Numbered from the stretch's first letter, positions 9,286 through 20,119 are shown. The stretch is 64,000 nucleotides of DNA from Chloroflexota bacterium (GCA_026708035.1 JAPOVQ010000006.1:123554-187553); one strand, 5' to 3'. Translations and numbers: made by a program. The notes: a model not told the origin generated them from the sequence alone.

Positions 9286-11349
9286 ATGGATCGGGACAAC
9301 AGCGACACGATCCGGAACGTGGTGTTCGTGGCGCACAGCGGCGCCGGCAAGACCTCGCTCACCGAGGCCATGGCCTTCGTGACCGGGCAGACTTCGCGTC
9401 TTGGTCGGGTGGAAGACGGCAACACCATCTCCGACTTCGACCCGGACGAGGTGGAACGGGGCATGTCGATCAACCTTTCGGTCGTGCCCTGCCCCTGGCG
9501 CGGCGCCACGGTCAACGTCATCGATACGCCGGGATATCCGGACTTCATCGGCGACGTGGTCTCGGGTCTGCGGGCGGCGGATGCGGCGATCGTGGTGATC
9601 GACGCCACCGCTGGCATTCAGGTCGGCACCGAAATCGTGTGGCGGCTCGTCGACCGACGGGACCGCCCGCGACTCGTGGTCGTGAATCGCATGGACCGCG
9701 AAAACGTGAACTGGGAAAACGTCGTCCAGGAGCTGCGCGACAAGTTTGGCGCGGCCATCGCCCCCATCCAGATCCCGCTGGGCGACGCGCCGGCGTTCGA
9801 CGGCGTGGTCGATCTACTTGACGGCACGGCCCGCGCGTTCACCGACAGCGGCAGCGAGCCGATCCCGGTGCCTGACGAGTTGGCCGAGACGGTCGAGATC
9901 GCGCGCGAGCAACTCACCGACGCGGTGGCCGCCACCGACGACGACCTGCTTGAAAAGTATCTGGAGGGCGAAGAGCTCGAGCGCAGCGATCTCGAGCGGG
10001 CGCTGCGGGAAGGCGTGCGCGCCGGAGAGGTCTACCCCGTCGTGTTTACCGCCGCCACGGCGACCCACGGCGCGCGCGAATTGCTCGACGCCATCACCGC
10101 CGTGTTGCCGGCGCCGTCGGACCTGCCCGTCGCGCCCACCGCAAACGGCGCGACCATTGACTTCGCAAGCGACGGGCCGGTCGTCGCCCAGGTGTTCAAG
10201 ACCCTCGCCGACCCGTTCGTGGGCAAGGTGTCCCTGCTGCGCCTCTACACCGGGACGATCTCGGGGGACGTCGAGTTGCGCAACCAGACCAGCGGCCGGA
10301 ACGAGCGGCTCTCGGGCTTCCAATACCCCGTCGGCAAGGGCGGCGAGCAAGCGCGAGTCGTCGTGGCCGGCGACATCGCGTTCGTCACCAAGCTGGAGAA
10401 CGTCGCCACCGGTGACACGCTGGTGTCGGACGGCTCCGCGGACAAGATGGGCGCGCTGGACATGCCCACGCCGCTGTTCGAGGCCGCCATCACGCCGGCG
10501 ACCCAGGCCGACCTGGACAAGATGGGCCAGGTGCTCGCGCGAATCGCGGAGGAGGACCCGTCGCTGCGCGTGGGGCGCGACGAGCAGACCGGAGAGACCA
10601 TCCTGGCCGGTCTGGGCGAGTCGCACGTGCATATCAGCCTCGAGCGCATCCGGCGCAAGTTCGGCGTGAACCTGTTGTCCGACGTGCCGCGGGTGCCCTA
10701 TCTCGAGACCATTCGCAAGACTGTGAACGCGCATGGGCGGCACAAGCGGCAATCCGGCGGTCGCGGGCAGTTCGGGGACGTGCACATCGAGTTCTCCCCG
10801 CGGGAGCGAGGCGCGGGCTTCGAGTTCGCGGACCGCATCAAGGGCGGCGCGATTCCCAGGCAATACCTGCCCGCCGTGGAGAAGGGGCTCGTCGAGTGCT
10901 TTGCCAGTGGCTCGCTGGCGGGATACCCCGTGGTGGACATCAAGGCGGCGGCGTTCGACGGGCAATACCACGACGTCGACTCGTCCGACGAGTCCTTCCG
11001 CAACGCCGCCCGGCTGGCGGTGGAGGACGGCTACCACCAAGCCAGCCCCGTGATCCTGGAGCCGATTGTCAAGCTCGCCATCGAAATCCCGGACCTGAAC
11101 ACGGGTGACGTGATCGGCGACATCAGCGCGCGGCGCGGGCACGTGCTGGGCATGAATCCCGCCGATTACGACGGCGCCACGATCGTCGAAGTCGAGGTAC
11201 CAAAGGCGGAGGTGCAGCGCTACGCCACCGACCTGCGCTCGATCACGCAGGGACGGGGACAGTTCACCAGCGCCTTCGTTCGCTACCAGGAAGTGCCGCC
11301 GCACGTGCAGGATCGCCTCGTCGCCGAGGCGGCCGCCGAGAACGGCTAG
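9286..11349 (+). CDS. elongation factor G-like translational GTPase (EF-G paralog)
   Basis: G1 AHSGAGKTS, G3 DTPGYPDF, G4 NRMD, EF-G domains II-V. ATG 9286 preceded by GAAGGA. Confidence 0.85.
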   Translation: MDRDNSDTIRNVVFVAHSGAGKTSLTEAMAFVTGQTSRLGRVEDGNTISDFDPDEVERGMSINLSVVPCPWRGATVNVIDTPGYPDFIGDVVSGLRAADAAIVVIDATAGIQVGTEIVWRLVDRRDRPRLVVVNRMDRENVNWENVVQELRDKFGAAIAPIQIPLGDAPAFDGVVDLLDGTARAFTDSGSEPIPVPDELAETVEIAREQLTDAVAATDDDLLEKYLEGEELERSDLERALREGVRAGEVYPVVFTAATATHGARELLDAITAVLPAPSDLPVAPTANGATIDFASDGPVVAQVFKTLADPFVGKVSLLRLYTGTISGDVELRNQTSGRNERLSGFQYPVGKGGEQARVVVAGDIAFVTKLENVATGDTLVSDGSADKMGALDMPTPLFEAAITPATQADLDKMGQVLARIAEEDPSLRVGRDEQTGETILAGLGESHVHISLERIRRKFGVNLLSDVPRVPYLETIRKTVNAHGRHKRQSGGRGQFGDVHIEFSPRERGAGFEFADRIKGGAIPRQYLPAVEKGLVECFASGSLAGYPVVDIKAAAFDGQYHDVDSSDESFRNAARLAVEDGYHQASPVILEPIVKLAIEIPDLNTGDVIGDISARRGHVLGMNPADYDGATIVEVEVPKAEVQRYATDLRSITQGRGQFTSAFVRYQEVPPHVQDRLVAEAAAENG

Positions 11350-11357
11350 CGCGCCGG

Positions 11358-12416
11358 ATGGACGACGCGGGCCGGGAGTTCCTGCAGCGGCTGATCGACG
11401 CGCCAAGCCCGTCCGGCTACGAGCAGGCGGTGCGCCGGGTCTGGCACGACACTGTCGCCGAGTTCGCCGACGAGGTGCGCGGCGACGTCCACGGCAACGT
11501 CATTGCGACACGAAATCCGGGCGGCAGCCCCAGGCTGATGTTCGCCGGGCACTGCGACGAGCTGGGCCTGCAAGTCAACTACATCTCGGACCAGGGGTTT
11601 CTGTACTTCAACACCATCGGCGGTCACGACCCGAGCCTGATCTCGGGGCGGCGCGTGATCGTCCACACCCAGGACGGCCCGGTGCGCGGAGTGACCGGAA
11701 GACTGGCCGTTCACCTGACGCCGCGAGACAAGCGCGGCGCGGCGCAAAAGGTCGAGGACATCTGGATCGACGTCGGCGTGAAGGGCAAGGCCGAGGCCGA
11801 GTCGTTGGTGCGCGTGGGCGACGCGGTGACCTATGAGCTCGGCATGCAACCGCTGCGCAACGGGCTGGGCGTGGCGCGGGCCTTCGACAACAAGATTGGC
11901 GCCTGGGTGGTGGCCGAGGCCCTGCGCCGCATCGACGCCGCCAACTGCTCGGCGGAGGTGGTATCCGTGGCCACGGTGCAGGAAGAGATTGGCCTGCGCG
12001 GCGCTATGACGAGCGCGTTTGGCATCGACCCGTTGGTCGGCGTGGCGGTCGACGTGACCCACGCCACCGACCATCCCAACGTGAGCAAGATCACCGCCGG
12101 CGACATCAGCCTGGACGGCGGTCCGGTCATCACCCGCGGCGCCAACGTGAACCCCGTGGTGGAGCGGCTGCTCATGGAGAGCGCCGAGGCGCTCGGGATG
12201 GAAGTCCAGATCGAGGCTGAGCCCCGCGGAACAGGCACGGACGCCAACGCCATGCAACTCTCACGCGCGGGCGTGGCGACGGGTCTGGTGAGCGTGCCGC
12301 TGCGCTACATGCACACGCCGTCGGAAATCATCTCGCTCGACGTGGCCAACCAGGCCGCGAATCTCCTGGCGGCTTTCGCCCAACGACTGACGCCGGAGAT
12401 GGACTTTTCGCCATAG
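11358..12416 (+). CDS. M42 family aminopeptidase (FrvX/CelM-like)
   Basis: M42-like translation with metal-binding His/Asp/Glu positions (HCDELG, DNKIG, EEIG, MHTP). Confidence 0.85.
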   Translation: MDDAGREFLQRLIDAPSPSGYEQAVRRVWHDTVAEFADEVRGDVHGNVIATRNPGGSPRLMFAGHCDELGLQVNYISDQGFLYFNTIGGHDPSLISGRRVIVHTQDGPVRGVTGRLAVHLTPRDKRGAAQKVEDIWIDVGVKGKAEAESLVRVGDAVTYELGMQPLRNGLGVARAFDNKIGAWVVAEALRRIDAANCSAEVVSVATVQEEIGLRGAMTSAFGIDPLVGVAVDVTHATDHPNVSKITAGDISLDGGPVITRGANVNPVVERLLMESAEALGMEVQIEAEPRGTGTDANAMQLSRAGVATGLVSVPLRYMHTPSEIISLDVANQAANLLAAFAQRLTPEMDFSP

Positions 12417-12799
12417 AGCGGGTCGGTCACAGTTCCGCTTGTCGTTGCTCGCGCTTTACCACCAATCGACGCGCCCGAACCGGCCACCGTGTCACTCCGA
12501 GCGCAGCAAGGTGTCTAAGGGGCGGCGAGAAATCCCAACGTCCTTAGATTCCTCACTGCGTTCGGAATGTCGAACTCGGCGCCAGGGCGTATGTCACCGC
12601 ATCGGCAGCCCAGCACGACAGGCGGCCCTCTTTCGCCGGATTCGTCACACTGGCGTGCCTGGGACGAGGCTATGCTCGAAGCGTGGCTTTCACGCCGGTG
12701 AACGGCTCCATGCACTTTGCCGACATTTCTAGCGGCTGGCGGTCCCGGATACGTCTGCGAGGCGGACGAGGCCGGGCGCAGCCTGGCCGCGCGGCCTGG

Positions 12800-14506
12800 A
12801 TGGCAGCGCTGATGGTCGGAATCGCAGTCATGCTGCTGGCTGTAGCGGCCTGCGGTGAGGACGAGCCGCCGCCGGAGCCGGCCACGCCGACCGTCGCGGC
12901 CGCGGCGCCTTCGCCCGCGCCGCAGCCGCCCACGCCCACCGCACCCGTGACAGCGGCACTCACCGCCGCGCCAACGGCCACTCCCACCCCGACGATCACG
13001 CCCACGGAGACTCCAACCCCAACGCCGACTCCAAGCCCAAGCCCCACGGCCACGCCTTCGCCGACTCCCACGCCGGAGCCGACTGCCGAGGCTCTCGACG
13101 CGTCCGACTTCGACCGAGATCGGCTGCACGAGGCCGTCGCGAACAACACGCCGGAGACGGTTCGCATGACGACCCAGGCTCGCCTGATTCCCATGGTCGA
13201 GGGCGAGATCGCGGTGACGCTCGAGCTCGTGCTCGCCGACGAGGCCATCCGAATGCTGATGGTGCTTGGGGCGGATGACCAGCAACTGAGCCTCGAGCTG
13301 ATCGTGATCGGCGACACCCAGTACTTCCGCACCGTGGATCCGGACGGAACCGAGAGCCCGTGGCTGGCGTCGTCGATCAACCCCGGTGAACCGGCGCTTA
13401 TCGACGCGCTGGGCGCCGGTGACCTGCTGGACGACATGATTCCCGACGACGACCAGGCGCCCATCGAAGCGGTCGGCGTGGAGGCCTGCGGCGACGGCCG
13501 GCAGTGCTTTGTGCTCACAAGTCCCGAGGAAGCCTGGGTGCAGCTGCTGGTGGATGCCGAGACCTATCTGCCCGTCGCATTTCGCGGCCCCGCGCTCGGC
13601 GAGGGCTTCGGAACGGACGTTGAGATGCGCTTGGAATGGAACGCCGATATCTCGATCAGCGCGCCGGAAGACTCGCAGCGCGTGTCCCCCGACGAATTCG
13701 GCCTCGCCCTGATCGGATTCTTCTTTGGCTCGGCGGGCATTACGCAGGGACCGACCCTGCCGCCCAGTACCGGGGGACAGCCCGGAACCGCCGTTGAAAT
13801 CGTGGCCCCCGACGAGCGCGCCGCCTTGTGGCTGGAGCTCGGCGCGTCGCCCTATGGAGAGGCGCTCGACGAGACCGGCGATCTGTTCCACGGCGACCCC
13901 GGCGTCTCGCCGGTGCGCTACGACCCCACGGTGGACATCTGGAACTGGGGCGCAGGGAGCATTGAGCTGGCGGAGGCCACGGCGGATGAGCTGTTCGGGC
14001 CGGACGGCGCATTCCCCTGCGGCTCGCTGGATCCGGTGGTCGCCTGCGGCGCGGATGGCGTAGGTCCCGGGACCTACCTGCTGATCTGGAGCGAAATGCT
14101 AGACCCGGTCCCGCTGGATGACGCCGCCTACGTTCGCACCTTCTGGGCCCTGTTCCAGGACGGCGACCCGGCAAACGATTGGGAGGCGCTGCCGCAGTTC
14201 GCCAACGACGTGCTGGACGGCAGCGACTCGCACTACTGGATTGCGGCAATACCGGACGGCTGGGAGTTGCGCCGCACCTTCGGCCCACAGTTGGAGCCGC
14301 GGCCGACCGATGGCGCGGCCATGATCCTGGCGAACGTCGTGGTCTTCTGGGTGCCGGTGTCGGAGCTTGGCGATCTGGACGCCCTCAGCCTGGGCGTGGC
14401 CAGTTTCAGCGGCCCCGTGGAAGACCCCTACGGCGTGAACGGAACCCTCGACCGGTCACCCGAGCCGCAGCAGCCGCTGACGCCGCTCGACGAGGTGGGG
14501 TTCTAG
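12800..14506 (+). CDS. secreted lipoprotein with Pro/Thr-rich linker, unknown function (paralog 1 of 3)
   Basis: Signal peptide with lipobox (LAVAAC at the signal-peptide end), then a PT-rich linker of about 90 aa. Two conserved domains follow, each with a Cys pair (ACGDGRQC; [11 protein letters not shown]). Start uncertain; ORF is open from GTG 12683. Confidence 0.6.
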   Translation: MAALMVGIAVMLLAVAACGEDEPPPEPATPTVAAAAPSPAPQPPTPTAPVTAALTAAPTATPTPTITPTETPTPTPTPSPSPTATPSPTPTPEPTAEALDASDFDRDRLHEAVANNTPETVRMTTQARLIPMVEGEIAVTLELVLADEAIRMLMVLGADDQQLSLELIVIGDTQYFRTVDPDGTESPWLASSINPGEPALIDALGAGDLLDDMIPDDDQAPIEAVGVEACGDGRQCFVLTSPEEAWVQLLVDAETYLPVAFRGPALGEGFGTDVEMRLEWNADISISAPEDSQRVSPDEFGLALIGFFFGSAGITQGPTLPPSTGGQPGTAVEIVAPDERAALWLELGASPYGEALDETGDLFHGDPGVSPVRYDPTVDIWNWGAGSIELAEATADELFGPDGAFPCGSLDPVVACGADGVGPGTYLLIWSEMLDPVPLDDAAYVRTFWALFQDGDPANDWEALPQFANDVLDGSDSHYWIAAIPDGWELRRTFGPQLEPRPTDGAAMILANVVVFWVPVSELGDLDALSLGVASFSGPVEDPYGVNGTLDRSPEPQQPLTPLDEVGF

Positions 14507-14525
14507 GGAGCGCACTTCCCGCAAC
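13921..14525 (+). repeat. roughly 600-bp near-identical direct repeat (copy 1), inside lipoprotein paralog 1 3' end
   Basis: Reads almost base-for-base like 15981-16585, including the first bases after the stop (TAGGGAGCGCA.TTCCCGC). Confidence 0.75.
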
Positions 14526-14684
14526 CGGTCCCACGCTGCACGCAGCGCGAGCTGCCGCGGGCGAGATTCGTCGCGGTGTTGCTGATTTGACCGTGTGACT
14601 ATGCTTAGGATCTGCCGTTCGCCCTGGGTAATGAGACGCTGCACGGCGCAGGCAATCTCGACTCAATGCCAGGGATGCGGTCGC

Positions 14685-16574
14685 ATGGATAAGTCGATGC
14701 CGCAATCTCGTGTCGCGGCGTGGGCGGGAATGCTGGCGATAGGGACGCTCCTGACGCTGGCCGTCGTTGGGTGCGGCGAGGACGAGCCTCCGCCGGAGCC
14801 GGCCACTCCGACCCCGACCGTCGAGGCTGCGGCGCCTTCGCCAACGCCCCAGACGCCCGCAGCCGTGACGGCAGCGCCAACCGCCACGGCCTCTCCTACG
14901 CCGACGGCCGCGCCAACGGCGACGCCGAGCCCAAGCCCAACCGCCACGGCCACTCCCACCCCGACGATCGCGCCAACGGCGACGCCGACGCCCACGCCGA
15001 CCCCGAGCCCGAGTCCCACGGCCACGCCTTCGCCAACTCCGACGCCCGAGCCGACTGCCGCGGCCCTCGACGCGTCCGACTTCGATCGCAGCCGACTGCA
15101 CCAAGCCATTGCGAGCAATCCGCTCGAGTCGCTGCGACTCTCCACCGAGGCCGGCCTGCTGCCGATGGTCGAGGGCGACATCGCGGTGACACTCGAGGTC
15201 GTGCCGGGGGACGATGCGGCGCGAATGCTGATGTCATTCGGTGCGGACGACCAAGAAGTGAGCCTCGAGCTGATCGTGATCGGCGACACGCAGTACCTGC
15301 GCGGAGTAGATCTGACGGGCATCGAGAGCCCGTGGGTAGCGACCAGGATCACTGCGAGCGCGCCGGCGCTGGTCGACGCCATCGGATCAGGCGACCTTGT
15401 TGACGACATAATCCCCGGCGACGACCAGGCGCCCATCGTGGCAGTCGGCGTGGAGGCCTGCGGCGACGGCCGGCAGTGCTTCGTGCTCACCAGTCCTGAG
15501 GACACCTCGGTGCGGCTGCTGGTCGATACCGAGACCTATTTGCCCGTGATGTCTCGCCGCCCGGCCGTCGGCGAGGATCTCGACACGGACGTCGAGTCGC
15601 TGATCGAGTGGAACGCCGAGGTTTCGATCAGCGCGCCGGCTGACGCGCGGCTTGTCTCCCACGATGAGTTCGCCCTCACCTATGCCAGCTTCTTCTTTAG
15701 CATGATGGGCCTCGCACAAGGGTCGCCCCCGCCGACCGCCACCATCGTCGGCCAAGAGACCATCAGAGAAGTGCCGGCGGAGACTGTCGTCACCAAGGAA
15801 ATCGTCAAGGAAGTGCCAGTCGAGACAATCGTCACTCGGGAGGTAGTCAGAGAATTACCGGTCGAGGCAGTCGTCGACACCCAGCGATCGGCGTTGTGGC
15901 TGGCGTTGGGTGCATCGCTCTATGGAGAGGCTCTCGACGACAGGGGAGATCTTTTCCACGGCGACCCAGGCATTTCGCCGGTGCGCTTCGACCCCACGGT
16001 GGACATCTGGAACTGGGGCGCGGGACGGATTGAGCTGGCCGAGGCCACGGCGCGCGAGCTGTTCGGGCCGGACGGCGAATTCCCCTGCGGCTCGCTGGAT
16101 CCGGTGGTCGCCTGCGGCGCGGATGGCGTCGCCCCGGGGGACTACCTGCTGATCTGGAGCGAGATGCTCGAACCGGTGCCGCTCGACGACGCCGCTTTCA
16201 TTCGCACCTTCTGGGCCCTGTTCCAGGACGGCGATCCGGCGAACGACTGGGAGGCGCTGCCACAGTTCGCCAATGATGTGCTGGACGGTAGCGACACGCA
16301 CTACTGGATTGCGGCAATTCCGGGCGGCTGGGAGCTACGCCGCACCTTCGGCCCGCAGCTGCAGCCCATGCCGACCGATGGCGCGGCCATGATCCTGACG
16401 AACGTCGTGGTCTTCTGGGTGCCGGTGTCGGAGCTTGGCGATCTGGACGCCTTGAGCCTGGGCGTGGCCAGCTTCAGCGGTCCCGTCGAAGATCCATCTG
16501 GCGTGGACGGAACCCTCGACCGGTCACCCGAGCCACAGCAGCCGCTGACGCCGCTGGACGAGGTGGGGTTCTAG
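14685..16574 (+). CDS. secreted lipoprotein with Pro/Thr-rich linker, unknown function (paralog 2 of 3)
   Basis: Lipobox VVGC, longer PT linker, same two Cys-pair domains. C-terminal about 200 aa nearly identical to paralog 1. Start uncertain; ORF open from 14595. Confidence 0.6.
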   Translation: MDKSMPQSRVAAWAGMLAIGTLLTLAVVGCGEDEPPPEPATPTPTVEAAAPSPTPQTPAAVTAAPTATASPTPTAAPTATPSPSPTATATPTPTIAPTATPTPTPTPSPSPTATPSPTPTPEPTAAALDASDFDRSRLHQAIASNPLESLRLSTEAGLLPMVEGDIAVTLEVVPGDDAARMLMSFGADDQEVSLELIVIGDTQYLRGVDLTGIESPWVATRITASAPALVDAIGSGDLVDDIIPGDDQAPIVAVGVEACGDGRQCFVLTSPEDTSVRLLVDTETYLPVMSRRPAVGEDLDTDVESLIEWNAEVSISAPADARLVSHDEFALTYASFFFSMMGLAQGSPPPTATIVGQETIREVPAETVVTKEIVKEVPVETIVTREVVRELPVEAVVDTQRSALWLALGASLYGEALDDRGDLFHGDPGISPVRFDPTVDIWNWGAGRIELAEATARELFGPDGEFPCGSLDPVVACGADGVAPGDYLLIWSEMLEPVPLDDAAFIRTFWALFQDGDPANDWEALPQFANDVLDGSDTHYWIAAIPGGWELRRTFGPQLQPMPTDGAAMILTNVVVFWVPVSELGDLDALSLGVASFSGPVEDPSGVDGTLDRSPEPQQPLTPLDEVGF

Positions 16575-16585
16575 GGAGCGCATTC
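15981..16585 (+). repeat. roughly 600-bp near-identical direct repeat (copy 2), inside lipoprotein paralog 2 3' end
   Basis: See copy 1. Differences are scattered single bases. Confidence 0.75.
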
Positions 16586-16703
16586 CCGCCGCCGTTCCCA
16601 CATGGCACGCGGGTCGCGGCGTGGCGTTCGAGACTCGCCAGGCTGGGGCTGCTCGGGCAGCGGCTATGCTCACGCCGTGCAATTGGCGTCGTAGTTCGGC
16701 TTC

Positions 16704-18455
16704 ATGCGCTACACGAAGAGACTCCGCCCAATGATTGATACGTTGGTGCCAGGGAAGGCGCCGGGCATCCGCCGCACGGTCAGCGTCGTCACCCTGGCCC
16801 TTGGAACCGTGGTCATGCTCGCCGTTGCGGCCTGCGGCGAGGACGCCCCTCCACCCGAGGCGGCCACGCCGGCGCCCACGGCGGAGGCGGCGCTTTCCCC
16901 GACACCGCAGCCGGACACGACCACGCCAACTCCCACCGCAACCCCAACGGCAACACCCCAACCGACCGCCACTCCGGCGTCAACGCCGCAGCCCTCGCCG
17001 GCGGCGCCCGCCGATGCCTCGCTCGGCCGCGCCCAAGCCGTGGGCTTCGATGCCAGCCGGTTCGAGGACGCCCTCCAGAACGTCGCCGGAAACGCCACCC
17101 GGGTATCGATTGATATGGGCCCGCCGCTCTTCAAACCAGGGGAGCTCACGCTGATGGTCGAGACCGGGCCGGCGGGCGACACGATGCGCACGCTGATTAC
17201 CAGCGCGTCTTCAGGCCGCCCGCTGAGCATCGAGATGCTTCGAGTTGAAACCACGGCATTTGCCCGTGGCCAAGACGCCGACGGCAACTGGACTCCGTGG
17301 GTGGGGTCGATCGTCGCCGACGACCTCGGCTTGCCTTCCGCCGCCATGGGGACGGCGATTGAAGATCTCGAGGCCCTCGGCGTCTCGGGCGACGATCCCG
17401 GCTACAGCGTCATCGGCACGGTCGGGTGCCCGGACGGCGGAACGTGCTTTCTCCTCCAACTCCCCGACTTTGGAGAAGGGCAATTCGCGGAGCTGCTGGT
17501 TGACACGGAGACATATCTGCCGGTGGTGATGCGCCTGCGACCCGAGGGATTCCCCGGCTTCTACGACATGCTCATCGACTGGAACGCCGACGTCGCCATC
17601 ACGGCGCCGCAGGATGCGCAGTTGCTCACTCCGGAGGAGTTCGCAACGGCGGTCTCGAGGCTGATCGCCGTACAGACGGGCGCCAACGTAGATGCCAACC
17701 TGCCCGACCCGGCAACCGCGAGCGGCCAGGAGGGGGCCCTCCGGGAGTTGGTTCGGCTGCTTCCCGAGCTCGGCGCGTTGCCGGGCACCGAGGCGCGCGA
17801 CGGCAGCGGCGACTTGTTCCACCCCGATCTAGACAGCGCGAACGTGCGCAGCGATTCCACGATTGATATCGACACCTGGGGCGCCGGAGTGGTCGACCTG
17901 AGCGACTCAGGGGCGCGCGAGCTGTTCGGACCGGACGGGACGCTGTCCTGCGGCCCGGCGAATCCCGGTGTGGTCTGCGGCGCCACCGAAGTCGCTCCCG
18001 GACAGTATCTCGTGGTCTGGATGGCGCTCGTCGACGAGCTTCGCCCGGACGACGACAGTCACTTCCACACCTTCTGGGCCGTGTTCGACGACGGCGACCC
18101 GGCAAACGACCCTCCGCAGCTGCCTATGATCTCCCGCGATGTGCTGGAGAGCGCCGACCAGAACTATCGGATCGAGGAAACGCGTAGCGGCTGGCGGCTT
18201 GTTCGCACCTTCGGGCCGGAGTTTGAACGCACGCCGACCGGCGGCGCGGCGATCCTCGCCGAGGCCGTCGTGCTCTTTTGGTTGCCCGTGTCGGAGCTCG
18301 GCGATCCGGAGGCGCTGAGTCTGGGCGTGGCCAGCTCGAGCGGCTCACGCTTGAATCCGTTCGGCCCGGATGGGGCCTTCGACCGGTCGCCGGACCCCGG
18401 GCAGCCGCTGACGCCGCTCGAGGAAGTCCTGCCGCCAGCTCCCGTGAAGCGCTAA
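16704..18455 (+). CDS. secreted lipoprotein with Pro/Thr-rich linker, unknown function (paralog 3 of 3, more diverged)
   Basis: Lipobox VAAC, PT linker, same domain order with conserved motifs (ETYLPV, DLFHPD, DTWGAG, Cys pairs GCPDGGTC and SCGPANPGVVC). Confidence 0.6.
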   Translation: MRYTKRLRPMIDTLVPGKAPGIRRTVSVVTLALGTVVMLAVAACGEDAPPPEAATPAPTAEAALSPTPQPDTTTPTPTATPTATPQPTATPASTPQPSPAAPADASLGRAQAVGFDASRFEDALQNVAGNATRVSIDMGPPLFKPGELTLMVETGPAGDTMRTLITSASSGRPLSIEMLRVETTAFARGQDADGNWTPWVGSIVADDLGLPSAAMGTAIEDLEALGVSGDDPGYSVIGTVGCPDGGTCFLLQLPDFGEGQFAELLVDTETYLPVVMRLRPEGFPGFYDMLIDWNADVAITAPQDAQLLTPEEFATAVSRLIAVQTGANVDANLPDPATASGQEGALRELVRLLPELGALPGTEARDGSGDLFHPDLDSANVRSDSTIDIDTWGAGVVDLSDSGARELFGPDGTLSCGPANPGVVCGATEVAPGQYLVVWMALVDELRPDDDSHFHTFWAVFDDGDPANDPPQLPMISRDVLESADQNYRIEETRSGWRLVRTFGPEFERTPTGGAAILAEAVVLFWLPVSELGDPEALSLGVASSSGSRLNPFGPDGAFDRSPDPGQPLTPLEEVLPPAPVKR

Positions 18456-20080
18456 CCCTGATCGGCGCCGTAAAGCGTCGTGGCGGGGTGGAAGGACGAC
18501 CAGCCGAGCCAGTAGGCCAGGTGGCCCGGTAGGCGGGCGAGCTGAGCGCCGTCGGGGCGCACCAGCGCCTCTTCGGTGACCTGCCAAACCGTTCCTTGCT
18601 CGTCGACGACCGTGCGCGGTTCGCTGCCCGGCGCGAATTCCCGCTCGGCGCGCTCGAATGCGCGCACCGCCGCCCCGGCGCTCCAGGAGACATTGCCCCG
18701 CCGCCGGTCGATGCCGTCGATCGTCAGTTCCTCCCCGAGCGCGACGAGCACCACCGGCTGGTCGGCGACGGTGTCGTTGAGCACCCGGGCCTGGACCACG
18801 TCGGCCACCGCATAGGCGCGGGCGGAGTCCCCCAGCACGAGCGCGAATACGCGGTCCTTGGGGGCCAGGCCATCCGCCGTCGGCGCCGGGAACATCAGGT
18901 CGGGGCCGGCGAAGTAGCCGCCGTAGGCCGCGCCGGGCGAATAGTCGCGCCGGTGGCCCGTGTTGATGCTGAGAACCGCGGTCGTGGGGTTGGCCGTGCG
19001 CCAGGCGTCCCAGGTGGTCGTGACGATGGGGATGACATCCAGCCGGCCCGGATCGGCCGCCAGCGGCCCAAGCACGGGCTCACCGGTCAACTGATTCCAG
19101 AGCGTGAACGTGCCGCGGTCGTACATCAGCTTGTTGCTGCGCATCAGGAAACCCGACGTGCCGATGCTGAGCACGTCGCCGCGGTAGCGCCGGCTGAACA
19201 GCACGCCCGCGCCGCAGAGGGTGCAGTAGGCCAGCGCCACGGGCTCGCCGCCCACAACGTCGTTGGCCATCTCGTGCCAGTCCAGGATACGGAGCGGATA
19301 GGCGCGATAGTCGCCGTTGATCGCGACGCCGAAGACCACGTCGTCGGGTTCCAGGTAGGCCGCACTCTCGGCCGCGACCATCGGGGCCGACTCCAGCGGT
19401 GGGATGCCGTCCAGGCGCACGCCGCCCCAGACGATCTCCTCGAAGCGGATGCTGCGGGGCGCGCGCTCGTCGAAGAATCGGGCGAACTGGGGATCGATGC
19501 GGCTGTAGATGCGGCCTTTCCAGGCGCCGAATCCCGGCACGGCGGTCAGGTCGGTCCTGGCGTACCACTCGGCCCACTCCGCCCACGATTCGTGTTGTTC
19601 GCCGGTGAGTTGGAACAGACCCTGCCGAGCGTTGTCCCACGCGTCGGGATGAAACGCCCCAAGCTGCGCCGCCCGCAGGACCTCGATGAGCACCGAAATC
19701 AGCCGCTCGTCGCCGGTCGTGCCCATGTATGCGACCAGCTCCACCTGCGCCTCCGGATAGGTCGGGTCGAGCAGCAGGCCGTCAAGCAGCGATTGCGCCT
19801 GCTCGTCCGATAGCCGGCGGTCGTCCGGCACCGGGGTGCCGGCAAGCGCCGGCCGCGGCGTGGCCTCGGCGGTCGGTGTGGGCGTGGGCGCGGCGGTTGG
19901 CGTCGGCGCGGGTGTGGCCGTGGGGCTGGGTGTTGGCGATGGAGGCGCGGTGACGATCACTCTGGCGGCAGCGGCGGGCCTGGTCGGCGAGGCTGTCGAC
20001 GGGGTGTCGTCGCAAGCCGCCAGCGCGGCCGCCGCGCCCGCGGTCGCCAGCAGCCCAAGCGCACGGCGGCGCGACACCAC
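18452..20080 (-). CDS. DUF3179 family lipoprotein (Tat-type signal, PT-rich linker)
   Basis: Translation contains the DUF3179-like core (ILDWHEMANDVVGGEPVALAYCTLCG). SRRRALGLL...LAAC reads as a Tat signal plus lipobox. Start placed at GTG 20080/20077, downstream of an intergenic-type repeat that sits inside the longer ORF (ATG 20191). Confidence 0.6.
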   Translation of the reverse strand: MVSRRRALGLLATAGAAAALAACDDTPSTASPTRPAAAARVIVTAPPSPTPSPTATPAPTPTAAPTPTPTAEATPRPALAGTPVPDDRRLSDEQAQSLLDGLLLDPTYPEAQVELVAYMGTTGDERLISVLIEVLRAAQLGAFHPDAWDNARQGLFQLTGEQHESWAEWAEWYARTDLTAVPGFGAWKGRIYSRIDPQFARFFDERAPRSIRFEEIVWGGVRLDGIPPLESAPMVAAESAAYLEPDDVVFGVAINGDYRAYPLRILDWHEMANDVVGGEPVALAYCTLCGAGVLFSRRYRGDVLSIGTSGFLMRSNKLMYDRGTFTLWNQLTGEPVLGPLAADPGRLDVIPIVTTTWDAWRTANPTTAVLSINTGHRRDYSPGAAYGGYFAGPDLMFPAPTADGLAPKDRVFALVLGDSARAYAVADVVQARVLNDTVADQPVVLVALGEELTIDGIDRRRGNVSWSAGAAVRAFERAEREFAPGSEPRTVVDEQGTVWQVTEEALVRPDGAQLARLPGHLAYWLGWSSFHPATTLYGADQG

Positions 20081-20119
20081 CGCGCGTCGCGGGGCGGCTT
20101 GCTGTCTCCGCGCGCGCCC

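Noticed and set aside
12880-13090. Tandem-repeat-like ACGCCGACGCC(C/G) runs inside the lipoprotein genes (also 14830-15070 and 16900-17000)
   Set aside because: These are in-frame codon repeats encoding Pro/Thr/Ala-rich linkers ([14 protein letters not shown]...). They are not non-coding satellite or VNTR DNA, although they may vary in length between strains.
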